The notes: a model not told the origin generated them from the sequence alone. Shown: positions 1 through 10,006, counted from the stretch's first letter. The stretch: 64,000 nucleotides of DNA from Phycisphaeraceae bacterium (GCA_020851465.1 JADZCR010000007.1:1561-65560); one strand, 5' to 3'. Program-made: numbers and translations.

Positions 1-51
1 ACCGGGCCCAGCGTCAGCAGAGCCAAAAGTGCCACCGTCGAGTAAACCATC
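1..51 (-). CDS. 5' end of an unidentified gene running off the window (signal-peptide-like N-terminus)
   Basis: Reverse strand reads ATG GTT TAC TCG ACG GTG GCA CTT TTG GCT CTG CTG ACG CTG GGC CCG = MVYSTVALLALLTLGP. This is hydrophobic like a signal peptide or TM helix. Only 17 codons are visible, and another ATG lies 4 nt upstream in a different frame. Confidence 0.25.
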
Positions 52-260
52 CATGAACGATTTTTCACAGGGATTTCCTTTCAAGCATTGCTCATCTGGA
101 ACGGAGTCGATCAGATTATCAGGCTATCGTGTGGGTCTGTAAAGGCAACGGGGTGTACCCGCTGCGAGTTATACGGATCGAGGCGGGGAGTTACGTTTCC
201 CAGCCGTGGGTACGCGGGGCGGACATTGCGGAAACCCGCGCGATCCGATGGACTATCGCC

Positions 261-1571
261 ATGAGCGAGCCGTTGACGACAATCTTTCGCGCCGGTGCGG
301 TGCGGGACGCAGCCCCTCGTGAGGTCGCGCCGCAAGGCCCGGTGAATCTCAGCCCCGGTGCGGTGGCGGTGTGCGAGGGGCGGATTGTGGCGGTTGGCGG
401 ATGGTCCGAGGTCGAGCGCGCGGTTGGGCGTCCTGTGCGGCTGCGCGTCGTTGATCTGCCCGACCGGCTGATTTTGCCGGCCATGACCAACGCCCATGCG
501 CATCTGGACCTGACGGACATCGGAGCGGTGCCTTACCCCAGCACGGGCCGTGACTTTATCCGGTGGATTGAGATGGTGATCCGGTCCAGGCCGCGCACAC
601 AGGAGCAGATCGAGACCGCGGTGCGAAATGGTCTGCGGATGAGTCGTCAATCAGGTGTGGGAATGGTCGGTGACATCGCAGGCAGTGAAACAGCGGTTCG
701 TGCCCGCTGGTGTGCCTCAGAGGAAATACGGTTACCCGGATGCAGTTATCTCGAATGTTTCGGTATCGGCGCAGGAGAGTCAGCAGCAGCGGGACAGGCG
801 ACTCTGCGGCGCGATCGGCTGTGGGATGAGTTGAAGCCCAACCCGCAGGGAATAAATCGGGTCGGCTTGCAACCGCACGCACCTTACTCGGCAGGGATCG
901 AGCTTTTTCGGGCTGCGGGTGATCCGCCTTTTACCGCTGCCTGCTCGACCCATCTCGCAGAGACACCGGAAGAAGATCAATTCATACGGCACGGCAGCGG
1001 GCCGTTTGTCGAGTTGCTTAAGCGTCTGGGCAAATGGGACGAATCCATCAAACCCACGGGGCATAGTCCGGTTGAGTATCTGGCCCCGGTCCTCAGGACG
1101 AGTCGTTGGGTGGTTGCCCACTGCAACGAAGTTTCCGATCGTGACATCGAGCTACTCGCCAGCACGAAAGCAGCGGTTGCCTATTGTCCTCTCGCCAGTG
1201 AATACTTTGAGCACGCGGGACACCGTTACCGGGACATGCTGGAAGCGGGGGTCAATGTGTGCATCGGGACTGATTCGCTGATTTGTCAGCCGCCTCACGA
1301 GTCGCAACCTCTGGGGGTGATGCCTCAGCTTCGTCGTCTCTACCGCCGTGACCGCACGGATCCAGGTGTTCTGCTGGCGATGGCGACCTGGCGCGGTGAG
1401 GCAGCATTGTGCGGGCGGTCTTACGCCGAGGTGGAAACCATCCGTGTCGGTTGTCACGCTGCGCTGGCGGCGGTTCGGTTTGACCCCGCCGTTTCAGCCG
1501 ACGCACTGACGCAGGCATTGCTGAATGACGAACCGGTTGAGCCGTTGGCTGATGCGGCCGCTTTCCTCTGA
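261..1571 (+). CDS. amidohydrolase family protein (chlorohydrolase / nucleoside-deaminase-like)
   Basis: The ORF opens at GTG 129; the first in-frame ATG is at 261 (MSEPLTT...). Metal-dependent amidohydrolase motifs: NAHAHLDL (HxH), HLAET, VAHCN, GTDS. Confidence 0.8.
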   Translation: MSEPLTTIFRAGAVRDAAPREVAPQGPVNLSPGAVAVCEGRIVAVGGWSEVERAVGRPVRLRVVDLPDRLILPAMTNAHAHLDLTDIGAVPYPSTGRDFIRWIEMVIRSRPRTQEQIETAVRNGLRMSRQSGVGMVGDIAGSETAVRARWCASEEIRLPGCSYLECFGIGAGESAAAGQATLRRDRLWDELKPNPQGINRVGLQPHAPYSAGIELFRAAGDPPFTAACSTHLAETPEEDQFIRHGSGPFVELLKRLGKWDESIKPTGHSPVEYLAPVLRTSRWVVAHCNEVSDRDIELLASTKAAVAYCPLASEYFEHAGHRYRDMLEAGVNVCIGTDSLICQPPHESQPLGVMPQLRRLYRRDRTDPGVLLAMATWRGEAALCGRSYAEVETIRVGCHAALAAVRFDPAVSADALTQALLNDEPVEPLADAAAFL

Positions 1572-1614
1572 GCGAATATCCACAACCCGCATGAGCGGCT
1601 AAAGGAAAAAAGTA

Positions 1615-2511
1615 ATGACTCCCATCCAACACGTCGGATACATCGGCCTGGGCATCATGGGTGGTGCGATGGCGCAGAACCTTCTCAAAGGCGGGTACAA
1701 AGTCACCGTGTGGAATCGCACCATTATCAAAGCTGACGCACTCCGGGCGGTCGGCGCAGCCGTCGCCACCTCACCAGCCGACCTGGCGTCGCGCAGACCC
1801 GATGTGATCTGCATCAATGTCACCGACACGCCCGATGTCGAAGCGATTCTGTTCGGAGATAACGGGCTGGCGACTCAGGCGTCACCCGGCCTGATCGTCG
1901 TGGACCACTCGACGATCAGCCCCGTAGCTACGCAGGAGTTTGCGCAGCGATTGGCGGCCCGACACGTCACGTTGCTCGATGCGCCGGTTTCAGGCGGCGA
2001 TGTCGGCGCACGCAACGCGACATTATCCATCATGGTTGGCGGTCCGGCGGATGCCTTTGAGCGCATGCTGCCGATGCTTCAGAAGGTCGGCAAGACGATC
2101 ACGCATCTTGGACCGGCAGGCATGGGTCAGGTTTGCAAGGCATGCAATCAGATTGCAGTGGCGCTGACTCTGATGGGTACGTGCGAAGCGATCGCACTGG
2201 CGAAAAAAAGCGGCCTGGATGTGGAGAAGATGCTTCAGGTGGTCGGTGCCGGGGCCGGTGCGTCGTGGCAGATTTCCAACCTTGGCCCGCGCATCGCGCA
2301 GGGCGATCACAATCCCGGATTCATGATTGATCTGATCCTTAAGGATCTGGCGATCGTCGGGGACACGTCCCGCCGGTTACAACTGCCGCTGGCAGGCACC
2401 GCGCTGGCGGAGAATTATTTCCGCGCGGTGGCGGCTGGCGGAGGCGGTCGGCTCGGTACGCAGGCGATGTGCCGCCTGCTCGAACAACTCGGTAATTTCA
2501 AAATCAAATAA
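1615..2511 (+). CDS. NAD(P)-dependent oxidoreductase, 3-hydroxyisobutyrate / tartronate-semialdehyde reductase family
   Basis: N-terminal Rossmann motif VGYIGLGIMGGAMAQNL, DAPVSGG, and overall beta-hydroxyacid dehydrogenase layout. AAAGGA lies upstream of the ATG. Confidence 0.85.
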   Translation: MTPIQHVGYIGLGIMGGAMAQNLLKGGYKVTVWNRTIIKADALRAVGAAVATSPADLASRRPDVICINVTDTPDVEAILFGDNGLATQASPGLIVVDHSTISPVATQEFAQRLAARHVTLLDAPVSGGDVGARNATLSIMVGGPADAFERMLPMLQKVGKTITHLGPAGMGQVCKACNQIAVALTLMGTCEAIALAKKSGLDVEKMLQVVGAGAGASWQISNLGPRIAQGDHNPGFMIDLILKDLAIVGDTSRRLQLPLAGTALAENYFRAVAAGGGGRLGTQAMCRLLEQLGNFKIK

Positions 2512-2613
2512 TGCACTGTGACAAAGGGCACATGCGCACTGCGATAAATCGCGGCGCTAAGCGGGGCGAAGCCTTTGCGTGATCATTCATGCAGCCCGCG
2601 GCTTGCTGCGGTT

Positions 2614-4311
2614 TTACGCGCTTAGCGGCTGTGCACCGGGGGCGAATGCCGCATCAATGATGATCGCCAGCAACTGTTCCGGAGGAGTGCGGTCGCACCA
2701 AGCGGGGAATTTCTCACCCGGCTGCCGCCCCGCCAGCCACGCCTCGATGAGGCTCTTGATGGACAGGTGAATCCGGTCGGCGGGCACCACGTTCTTTTTG
2801 TTGATGTACTCGCCGAACTTCGGGTCTGTCCCCAGCCGCCCGCCCAGCAGGATGCGGAAGCCGTCCACCTTCAGCGGCTTGCCCGCTTCATTTTTCAACA
2901 CGGGGTCCGCGGTGGGTGTGCCGGTCATGCCGATGTCCGCGATCTGGTACTGGGCGCAGCTGTTGGGGCAGCCGACGAACGTGATAAAGAGCTGATCTTC
3001 CTTCGCCAGTGGTACGTTCTGTTCGAGCCAGCTTAAGACTCGACCGGCCCGGTGCTTGGTCTCGACGACCGCCAGGTTGCAGAACTCGGTTCCCGTGCAG
3101 GTGATCAGCGAATCTCGCAGCGGGTGCGCCACGACCGGCAGATGTACGGTCGGGCTGGACAGCTCCGCGGTCAGTGCATCGACGTTGCTCCGAGGTACAT
3201 CGAGGATGATGACATTCTGCTTGGCGGTGAGTCGGATGCGCTTCTGGCCGACGGCGTAGCGATCCGCAAGCCGGGCGATATCCGCCATGTTTTTCGCGGT
3301 CCATCGGCCGCGCTCGATGGGTACGCCGACGTAGAAGTTACCGTCCTTCTGCTCGCCGATACCCATATGGTCACTGTGTTCAGAGGGGGGATGGAGCAGC
3401 GTATCGTCATGTTCAAGTTTGAAGCCGAGCTTTTCTTCGATGCGGTCGCGTGTCCACTCCCAGCCTTTGTCGTCAACGAGGAATTTGAGTCGGGCGCGGT
3501 TACGTTTTTCACGGTAGCCGTAGTCACGGAAAAGGTGGGCGACAGCTCGGGCGACCTGTGTGACCTGATCGGGTCGAACAAAGGCGCGCAAGGGCTTGGC
3601 GTAATAGGGGGTGTCGGAAAGCCCGCCGCCGACCATCAGAGCGTAGCCGACTTCGCCGTTGGCGCGTTTGACGCCGTAGAACGCCAGGTCGTTGATTTGC
3701 GGCTGGTGGCAGTGGATAGCGCAGCCTGCGAGGGAGGTTTTGTATTTGCGGGGCAGGTTGGAGAATTCCCTGCCGCCGAGTCGGTACATCTCATTGACCT
3801 CGAGAACGTGCGCAGAGGAATCGATAATTTCGTCTTTGGCGACGCCTGCCAAGGGGCAGGAAACGACGTTACGGGGTGTGTCACCGCAGGCGAACTGGCA
3901 GAAGAGGTTGACCTCTGCGAGGGTGGCGTAGATGGGTTTGATGTAGTCGATGCGCAGCCAGTGGAGCTGGATAGTCTGCCGTGTGGTGATGTCACCAAAA
4001 CCGCGGGCGTATTTTTCGGTGATCTCGGAGATGCGTTTGAGCTGGGCGGGGAAAATTTGACCGCCGGGAATCTTGATGCGCTGCATGAAGAAGCCGGCTT
4101 CATTGGGTCGCTGCGGGTAGAGACCAAACCAGCGGAACAGTTTGCGCTCGGATTCAGACGCGGCAGAGAAGTCGCCCTTGGCGGAGTATTCGAGAATATT
4201 TTCGAGAACGGAAAAGCCATCTTTTTCGAGCTTGTAAAGCTCAAACTTGGACAGCGGAGGCGTCCCGGCAGGTGTGGTCGTGGGTGAACTCGGCGGAGTG
4301 ACGGTACTCAT
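2614..4311 (-). CDS. ferredoxin-dependent sulfite/nitrite reductase (siroheme 4Fe-4S hemoprotein)
   Basis: 565 aa. Cys cluster motifs TGTEFCNLAVVETK and GCPNSCAQYQIADIG are typical of NirA/Sir hemoproteins. Duplicated nitrite/sulfite reductase ferredoxin-like halves. Confidence 0.85.
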   Translation of the reverse strand: MSTVTPPSSPTTTPAGTPPLSKFELYKLEKDGFSVLENILEYSAKGDFSAASESERKLFRWFGLYPQRPNEAGFFMQRIKIPGGQIFPAQLKRISEITEKYARGFGDITTRQTIQLHWLRIDYIKPIYATLAEVNLFCQFACGDTPRNVVSCPLAGVAKDEIIDSSAHVLEVNEMYRLGGREFSNLPRKYKTSLAGCAIHCHQPQINDLAFYGVKRANGEVGYALMVGGGLSDTPYYAKPLRAFVRPDQVTQVARAVAHLFRDYGYREKRNRARLKFLVDDKGWEWTRDRIEEKLGFKLEHDDTLLHPPSEHSDHMGIGEQKDGNFYVGVPIERGRWTAKNMADIARLADRYAVGQKRIRLTAKQNVIILDVPRSNVDALTAELSSPTVHLPVVAHPLRDSLITCTGTEFCNLAVVETKHRAGRVLSWLEQNVPLAKEDQLFITFVGCPNSCAQYQIADIGMTGTPTADPVLKNEAGKPLKVDGFRILLGGRLGTDPKFGEYINKKNVVPADRIHLSIKSLIEAWLAGRQPGEKFPAWCDRTPPEQLLAIIIDAAFAPGAQPLSA

Positions 4312-4886
4312 GGTGCTCTCAAAACGGAACGGATTGGTTAAATGCGACTAATTTTGTCGCCATTAAAAAAGATGGTAGGGGAAACGAAAGACGGAGGCAA
4401 GGAGAAAAGTCAAACTTTATTCGAGCCGTGCAGTCTAACCGAAACTGTCTCCGGCTGTGCAACTCAGCCGGCTATTCCGACACGCCGATGCGAAAATAAC
4501 AGGGCCATCATTGCCGATCGACAGGAGGAGCGCATCCTGACAACTTGTTGTCGGCTGCGATTTTCATGGAGTTGCCTTTGTCAAGCTACAATAGCTAAAA
4601 TGATCTAACCATTTAACGGTTAACAAAATAAAGCTAGACGTGATAGTCGTCACAGGGTCAGATTGATGGAGGATGGCTGGGGGTTAAATGGGACGGAAAG
4701 CAGTCAGGGTCTAGCGGAGGCGGCAGCGTACAGAACGGTATTTAGTCCCGATAAGATAGGTAATTCAATACCGTCAGGCTGGTTAACTCGATTCGGCCTC
4801 GCCGATGGCCGACGATAACCCTCACGGGATGCTGCGTCGGATCGCGGCATCGCTTTGTTCAGCAGTTTCAGACCAAGGACAGTTTC

Positions 4887-6275
4887 ATGCGCATCACGAT
4901 GGTGGGAACCGGTTACGTTGGCCTCGTCACGGGTACTTGCTTTGCCAATACTGGAAACGACGTGACCTGTCTCGATATCGATGAAAAAAAAATCGCTCGG
5001 CTTAACAAGGGTGAGTCACCCATCTACGAGCCGGGGCTTGATGAGTTGATCCGTCGCAATGTTAAAGCGGGACGACTCAAGTTCACCACGGACAAAAAGG
5101 CGGCGTATCAACGCGCGGAGGTTGTCTTTGTCTGTGTCGGCACACCTAGTGACGATCGCGGCCGGGCTGATCTGAAATACGTGCTGGCGGCGGCGCGGGA
5201 CATAGGCGATGCGATCGAGAGCGACACAGCCGAGGCTGACCGTCGCGCCAAGATCATCGTCGTTAAATCCACCGTGCCTGTCGGCACCAACGCAAAGGTC
5301 AAGGCGGAGATCAGCTCACGCACCCGCAAGCCTTTTTACATGGCTTCGAACCCGGAGTTTCTCAAGGAAGGCGCAGCGATCAACGACTTCAACAAGCCTG
5401 ATCGCGTGGTCATCGGCTGCGCGGACAAGGGCACGGGTGATCGGCTGCGCGATCTCTACGAGCCGTTCGTGCGTCAGGGAAACCCGATTTTTCTGATGGA
5501 TATTCCCAGCGCGGAGATGGTCAAGTATGCCGCCAACGCCATGCTTGCCACGAAAATCTCGTTCATTAACGAAATCGCCAACCTCTGCGAAAGCTACGGT
5601 GCGGACATCGATGAAGTCCGTCGCGGGATGTGCAGTGATAAACGGATCGGCAACCAGTTCCTCTATCCGGGTCTGGGCTACGGCGGAAGCTGCTTCCCCA
5701 AGGATGTGCTGGCGGTGATCTCGATGGGTGACGAGGCGGATACCAAGACGCACCTGCTGGCCGCGGTCCACGATGTCAATCAGAAACAAAGGCTGGCGTT
5801 CCTGGCGAAAATCGACAAACACTTCGCCCCCGCCCCCGGAAACAAATTCAGTAACGGTAACGGTAAGACGGCTCCCGCGAATCTCAAGGGCAGGCGGATT
5901 GCAGTCTGGGGTATTGCATTCAAGCCCGGCACGGATGACATCCGCGAAGCGCCTTCGATCACCTTGATGAAGGCTCTGCTTGAGCGTGGTGCGCAGGTTG
6001 CGGCATATGACCCGGTGGCCTTTGAGCCGGCCCGGCATGTCTTTGGTGACAAGATCGAATACATCAACGAGCCGACCTCAGCTCTGGATAAAGCCGATGC
6101 GCTGATCGTCTGCACCGACTGGGATGAGTTCCGCCAACCGGACTTTGAGGATATGAAGCGGCGGATGAAGTCCCCCGTGGTGTTCGATGGTCGAAACCTC
6201 TACCGCCCGGACCACATGAAGGAACAGGGGTTCATCTATCACTCGGTGGGGCGTGACGCGGTGATCAAAGATTGA
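4887..6275 (+). CDS. ugd: UDP-glucose 6-dehydrogenase
   Basis: MRITMVGTGYVGLVTG Rossmann start, catalytic GGSCFPKD, C-terminal AFKPGTDDIREAP. A short insertion (FAPAPGNKFSNGNGKTAPANLKG) precedes the UDP-binding domain. Confidence 0.92.
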   Translation: MRITMVGTGYVGLVTGTCFANTGNDVTCLDIDEKKIARLNKGESPIYEPGLDELIRRNVKAGRLKFTTDKKAAYQRAEVVFVCVGTPSDDRGRADLKYVLAAARDIGDAIESDTAEADRRAKIIVVKSTVPVGTNAKVKAEISSRTRKPFYMASNPEFLKEGAAINDFNKPDRVVIGCADKGTGDRLRDLYEPFVRQGNPIFLMDIPSAEMVKYAANAMLATKISFINEIANLCESYGADIDEVRRGMCSDKRIGNQFLYPGLGYGGSCFPKDVLAVISMGDEADTKTHLLAAVHDVNQKQRLAFLAKIDKHFAPAPGNKFSNGNGKTAPANLKGRRIAVWGIAFKPGTDDIREAPSITLMKALLERGAQVAAYDPVAFEPARHVFGDKIEYINEPTSALDKADALIVCTDWDEFRQPDFEDMKRRMKSPVVFDGRNLYRPDHMKEQGFIYHSVGRDAVIKD

Positions 6276-6411
6276 GTCGCCACGTCGCCGAATTGAGCAA
6301 GCCCGGGCGTTCCCACCGCCTTAAGTTTCGACCATTTTTTGCACCTGATTGTTGACCCGCTTGGGGTGGTAATCCGCTCGATTCGCGGGTTGATAGTGTT
6401 ATTTTAATGCG

Positions 6412-6466
6412 CTTGTAACTAGTCAATTTTACAATATTTATACCCGACAGGTTATTTTGTGGTTAG
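6412..6466 (+). repeat. AT-rich intergenic element, copy A (compact version)
   Basis: CTTGTAA (6412) - AGTCAATTT (6421) - AATATTTA (6433) - GGTTA..GGTTAG (6450-6466). Collinear with copies at 11805 and 47024. Confidence 0.5.
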
Positions 6467-6481
6467 TTGATCGGATTTGGG

Positions 6482-6509
6482 TTGACACCTTATCGGGCTG
6501 CGGTAATTT
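6482..6509 (+). promoter_or_regulatory. candidate sigma70-type promoter upstream of the PEP-CTERM gene
   Basis: Perfect TTGACA at 6482-6487, a 16-nt spacer, then TAATTT at 6504-6509. About 280 nt upstream of ATG 6788. Confidence 0.3.
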
Positions 6510-6787
6510 CGTCTTCGTGGGGACAACGATCAGCATTTCATTCATGTCCCTCAAAATCAGTTTCGTCGTCAGGCTGGGTGCGGGGTGGTGAACGCCTGTC
6601 GATGAAGTTTTGCTGCGGTTGAGAGTTTAATTTTCAGGAGACGGGCTGACCGTCTCCGCCGCGCGGCCTTCTTTCCCGCGCGTTTACGGGGAAGTTTTCA
6701 AAATCCAGGTTCTGCTATGGCTCTGCTCGCGCGTGCGACAGTGCATCCGAGGTGTTTCTGGCGGTCCACATTTCCAGGAGGATTGCG

Positions 6788-7912
6788 ATGAAAAGTACAT
6801 CCCTTCTTTTCGCTCTGGCGGTTTCCCTCTTAACCTCGACGCTGGCGTTCGCGGCACCGGTCACTCACGGCACATTGGTGGCTGATGATGGTGTGGATGT
6901 TTATGACTGGGAATTGGCTGACCTGATCAGCACCCATATCCCGACCTATGAAAGCATGATCCTCGCCTTTACCGAGTGCTACGGCGGGGACAAGATGGAT
7001 GACTTTGCTGGCAAGCCCAATACCACCGTTCTCTCCGGCAGCACGCCAGGCAATACGACACAGTACGGCGGATACCACGCTGCCCTCAGCGGCGCGCTGA
7101 CACCCGGCAGCACCACCAACGCGGCACATGCCGCTGGTGTCGCGGGTGCCCATCCGACCGGCGACTCACCCACCTCAGCAGGCCCCAACCAGACCATCGG
7201 CGGGACCAACTCCACTCACATCCTCATCTGGGCGGGTGATCCCAATGCCCAGGATCAGCAGGACATTCAAAACATCCACAACAACTTTGCCGGCCATCCC
7301 AACACCACCATCACCACTCTCTCCGGCGATGGTACCGGCCCTAACGCCGATGGTGCCGCCACCAAGGACAACCTCATCGACGCCCTCGATGACATCGGCG
7401 ACGTGATGAACGCCAACGAGCAATTCATCCTCTTCGTCACCGACCACGGCGATCTCGATACCGGTGAAAACGCGGCGACTCTCACCCCCGGTGCGAACAA
7501 TTTCACCATTCCTCTGCCCGCGCTGCCCGACATGATTAACGATCCGCTCAACATCCCCGGACTGTCCATTTTCAGCCAGCACCAGATCGTGCCGACTGAG
7601 ATCCTGCAGATGCAGCTCAACGGGCAGAACATGCCTTCGTCGTTCTTTGATGTCTTTACGGAGATTCAGCTCGACTACGACAACGACACGATCATCGACA
7701 TGTATGAGTACCACGCACCGCTGTGGATCTCGGAAGGGGCACTCCTACCGTCCAACAATCTGTTTATCGGCGCGGGTATCTCCTCGTCGCTGGACTTGAT
7801 CTCGCTGGAAAGCGGCGCGATTTCCCGGCTGCCTGAGCCGGCCAGTCTTGTGCTGCTGGCGGCAGGAATCCTCGGTATCGCACCGCGGCGCAGGACAACT
7901 GGTCGCGCGTAA
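6788..7912 (+). CDS. PEP-CTERM sorting-domain protein with legumain (C13)-like motifs
   Basis: AGGAGGA at 6776-6782 lies 5 nt before ATG 6788 (the ORF track opens at GTG 6752). Signal peptide ends ...LAFA|AP. The C-terminus LPEPASLVLLAAGILGIAPRRR is a PEP-CTERM anchor. Internal ILAFTECYGG and FILFVTDHGD resemble clan CD Cys and His strands. Confidence 0.85.
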   Translation: MKSTSLLFALAVSLLTSTLAFAAPVTHGTLVADDGVDVYDWELADLISTHIPTYESMILAFTECYGGDKMDDFAGKPNTTVLSGSTPGNTTQYGGYHAALSGALTPGSTTNAAHAAGVAGAHPTGDSPTSAGPNQTIGGTNSTHILIWAGDPNAQDQQDIQNIHNNFAGHPNTTITTLSGDGTGPNADGAATKDNLIDALDDIGDVMNANEQFILFVTDHGDLDTGENAATLTPGANNFTIPLPALPDMINDPLNIPGLSIFSQHQIVPTEILQMQLNGQNMPSSFFDVFTEIQLDYDNDTIIDMYEYHAPLWISEGALLPSNNLFIGAGISSSLDLISLESGAISRLPEPASLVLLAAGILGIAPRRRTTGRA

Positions 7913-7954
7913 CGCGCCGCCAGCCGCAATCCTCGTAAATCACACGCCTCACTC

Positions 7955-7985
7955 ACACGCGCTCAATGAGCGCGTGTTTTTATTT
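7955..7985 (+). terminator. rho-independent terminator after the PEP-CTERM gene
   Basis: Perfect 10-bp stem ACACGCGCTC / GAGCGCGTGT (7955-7964 / 7968-7977), followed by TTTTATTT. Confidence 0.85.
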
Positions 7986-8047
7986 AGCATTCAGCGCATC
8001 TGGTTGCAGCATGATTTTCATCACAGATAATCTGCCCCAAAGGACCC

Positions 8048-10006
8048 GTGATGACAATCAGTTCATGCATTGACCGTGCAGCGATCGCGGCTGCAGACAT
8101 CATCAACAGCGCCACGCCGCTCGAATGCACGCTATTAGGCGTTCATCCGCGTCTGTTCTGTATTACGCATCCGTTCGAGATACTTCGGCAGCGGCTCGAT
8201 GCTGAGCCGTGGAAGCATTGGATGGAGCGTCTGCGGCGCGATGGCGAGTCGCGCCTGACGATTCAAATTCCTGAACGACTTATGGGCGTGAGCAATCCCG
8301 GCTTTGATGCTCGCGGAATCGGCGGCCACCTCATCAGCCTCTCCCTGCTTTATCGCCTGACCGAGGAGTCCAAATACCGCGACCGAGTCTTGTATCTCAT
8401 GCGGCGGTTGGACGGCGAGCCGAACTGGGGTGACTCGCTGACCTACGGCCACTGGGCGCAGGGCTACGCGGTGGCGCTCGACTGGCTCTGGCACGATCTC
8501 GATGAGGCGACGCGGCATGCCTGTATCGAAACGCTGTACAGCCGCACACGCTACGTCTTCGACAAGTGGGCTACCTACCGGGCCGGCGATGCGTTCGGAT
8601 ATACGTGGAACATCGCGGCGGTTGTCCTCGGCGGCGTGATGGCCGCGGCCGGCTGCCTCTACGGCGAGCGTGCTGATGTCGCACCATTCGCCAACCTCGC
8701 CTGGGAAAAAATGCACGCCCAGAGCAACGCCCTTGGTCCCGACGGCGTGTCACCTGAAGGCATCATGTACGGCGGGTACTACGCCAGCTATCTCACAGCC
8801 AATTTTTTTCTGGCCGGCGAGTTGCTAGGCCACGACCTTTTCGCCATGACTCCGTGGCTGTCGCGGTACGCAATGGCGCTTTACGACCAGTCGCTCCCCC
8901 GCGCTTCATGGATTGCTGACGACGCTTTTTTCATGCAGGGCGACGCCCACGGCAATGTGTTCGGCAGCGAATCCGTCCTGCGGATTATCGCCACCGCGAC
9001 TGGTGATCCTGCTACGCAATGGCTGGCTGACGAGTTTCTCAAGAGCGGCTTCGGGAGTGTCAGTCCGTTCACGTTCCTGCTCTACGATCCTGGGATCAAA
9101 GCTGTGCCTCCGCTCGGCCGCTCACCGTTCGCATGGCTGGAAGATCACGACATCGTGATCATGCGCGACAACTGGAGCGGGACCGAATCAGCCAGCGTCG
9201 TCAAGTGCGGTCCGAATGTCGGCCATCATGCCGCCCGCCGCTACAACCACCCGCTCGGCGGCGGACACATGCAACCCAACAACGGAGAAATCCAGATTTT
9301 TTCCCATGGCGGGTGGGTCTTGACCCATCCCGGCTACGTTTACAAAAACACCGCATTTCACAACACTCTGCTGATCAACGGCGTCGGCCAGTATGGTGAA
9401 AACTCGGAGTGGTTCGAGGACTTGCCGTATCGCCAGCGTCGTCAGTATCCATTCATGGAACGGGCCGAGCATCACGAGTTGTGGGATTACTGCATCGCTG
9501 ACATGACCCTGGCTTATCCTGTGGAATTGGGTTTGCGCCGATTGCGGCGGCATGTCCTCTACATCAGGCCCGATGTCTGGATCATCGCCGACGCCGTGGA
9601 GAGCGTGTCTCCGATCACGCCGACGCTCCTGTTTCATACGGCCTTTCCCGTTCGGGGCAGTGATTCCAACACCTTTGTCGGACGCGGGGAGAAGGTTGCC
9701 TGTCGTCTCCGCTTTCATGCTGCTGCGGCACTTAAGGCGACGACGGAGGACCAGCCACGCATCCACACCGGGGGCAAGACGCATGGCACGATGCCTCTGT
9801 TGCGGATTTCTCCAGCCACCGCCGCGACGCGACATCTGCTGGTAACGTGCGTGCAGACTGCGCCAGCCGCTGCTGAGGTCACGGAAGCGGTTCAGATCGA
9901 TGTGTCAGGCTTGGAGGATGAGGTGCGTATCCATACGGCGATGCCCCGCCTGACCGTGACGCTTACGCCTTTCAGCAGTCAAGCACCGGCTGCTAAGGAT
10001 GCCTGA
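8048..10006 (+). CDS. heparinase II/III-like (polysaccharide lyase-like) protein
   Basis: 652 aa. The C-terminal half has the heparinase II/III pattern GGGHMQPNNGEIQIFSHGGWVLTHPGYVY...TAFHNTLLINGVGQ. No obvious signal peptide. Confidence 0.6.
   Translation: MMTISSCIDRAAIAAADIINSATPLECTLLGVHPRLFCITHPFEILRQRLDAEPWKHWMERLRRDGESRLTIQIPERLMGVSNPGFDARGIGGHLISLSLLYRLTEESKYRDRVLYLMRRLDGEPNWGDSLTYGHWAQGYAVALDWLWHDLDEATRHACIETLYSRTRYVFDKWATYRAGDAFGYTWNIAAVVLGGVMAAAGCLYGERADVAPFANLAWEKMHAQSNALGPDGVSPEGIMYGGYYASYLTANFFLAGELLGHDLFAMTPWLSRYAMALYDQSLPRASWIADDAFFMQGDAHGNVFGSESVLRIIATATGDPATQWLADEFLKSGFGSVSPFTFLLYDPGIKAVPPLGRSPFAWLEDHDIVIMRDNWSGTESASVVKCGPNVGHHAARRYNHPLGGGHMQPNNGEIQIFSHGGWVLTHPGYVYKNTAFHNTLLINGVGQYGENSEWFEDLPYRQRRQYPFMERAEHHELWDYCIADMTLAYPVELGLRRLRRHVLYIRPDVWIIADAVESVSPITPTLLFHTAFPVRGSDSNTFVGRGEKVACRLRFHAAAALKATTEDQPRIHTGGKTHGTMPLLRISPATAATRHLLVTCVQTAPAAAEVTEAVQIDVSGLEDEVRIHTAMPRLTVTLTPFSSQAPAAKDA

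Noticed and set aside
3052-4287. 411-aa plus-strand ORF
   Set aside because: It lies entirely antisense to the sulfite/nitrite reductase gene. It is Gly/Val/Asp/Arg-rich with no recognisable motifs, the typical shadow frame of a GC-rich gene.
4342-4608. 88-aa ORF in the sir-ugd divergent spacer
   Set aside because: It lies in a mixed AT-rich regulatory region, with a Cys/Arg-rich implausible translation and no SD.
4691-4728. SRP (4.5S) RNA-like stretch GGAAAGCAGUCAGGGUCUAGCGGAGGCGGCAGC
   Set aside because: It only loosely resembles the GUCAGGUCCGGAAGGAAGCAGC helix-8 motif. There is no GNRA tetraloop and no pairing partner strands, so I do not call an ncRNA.
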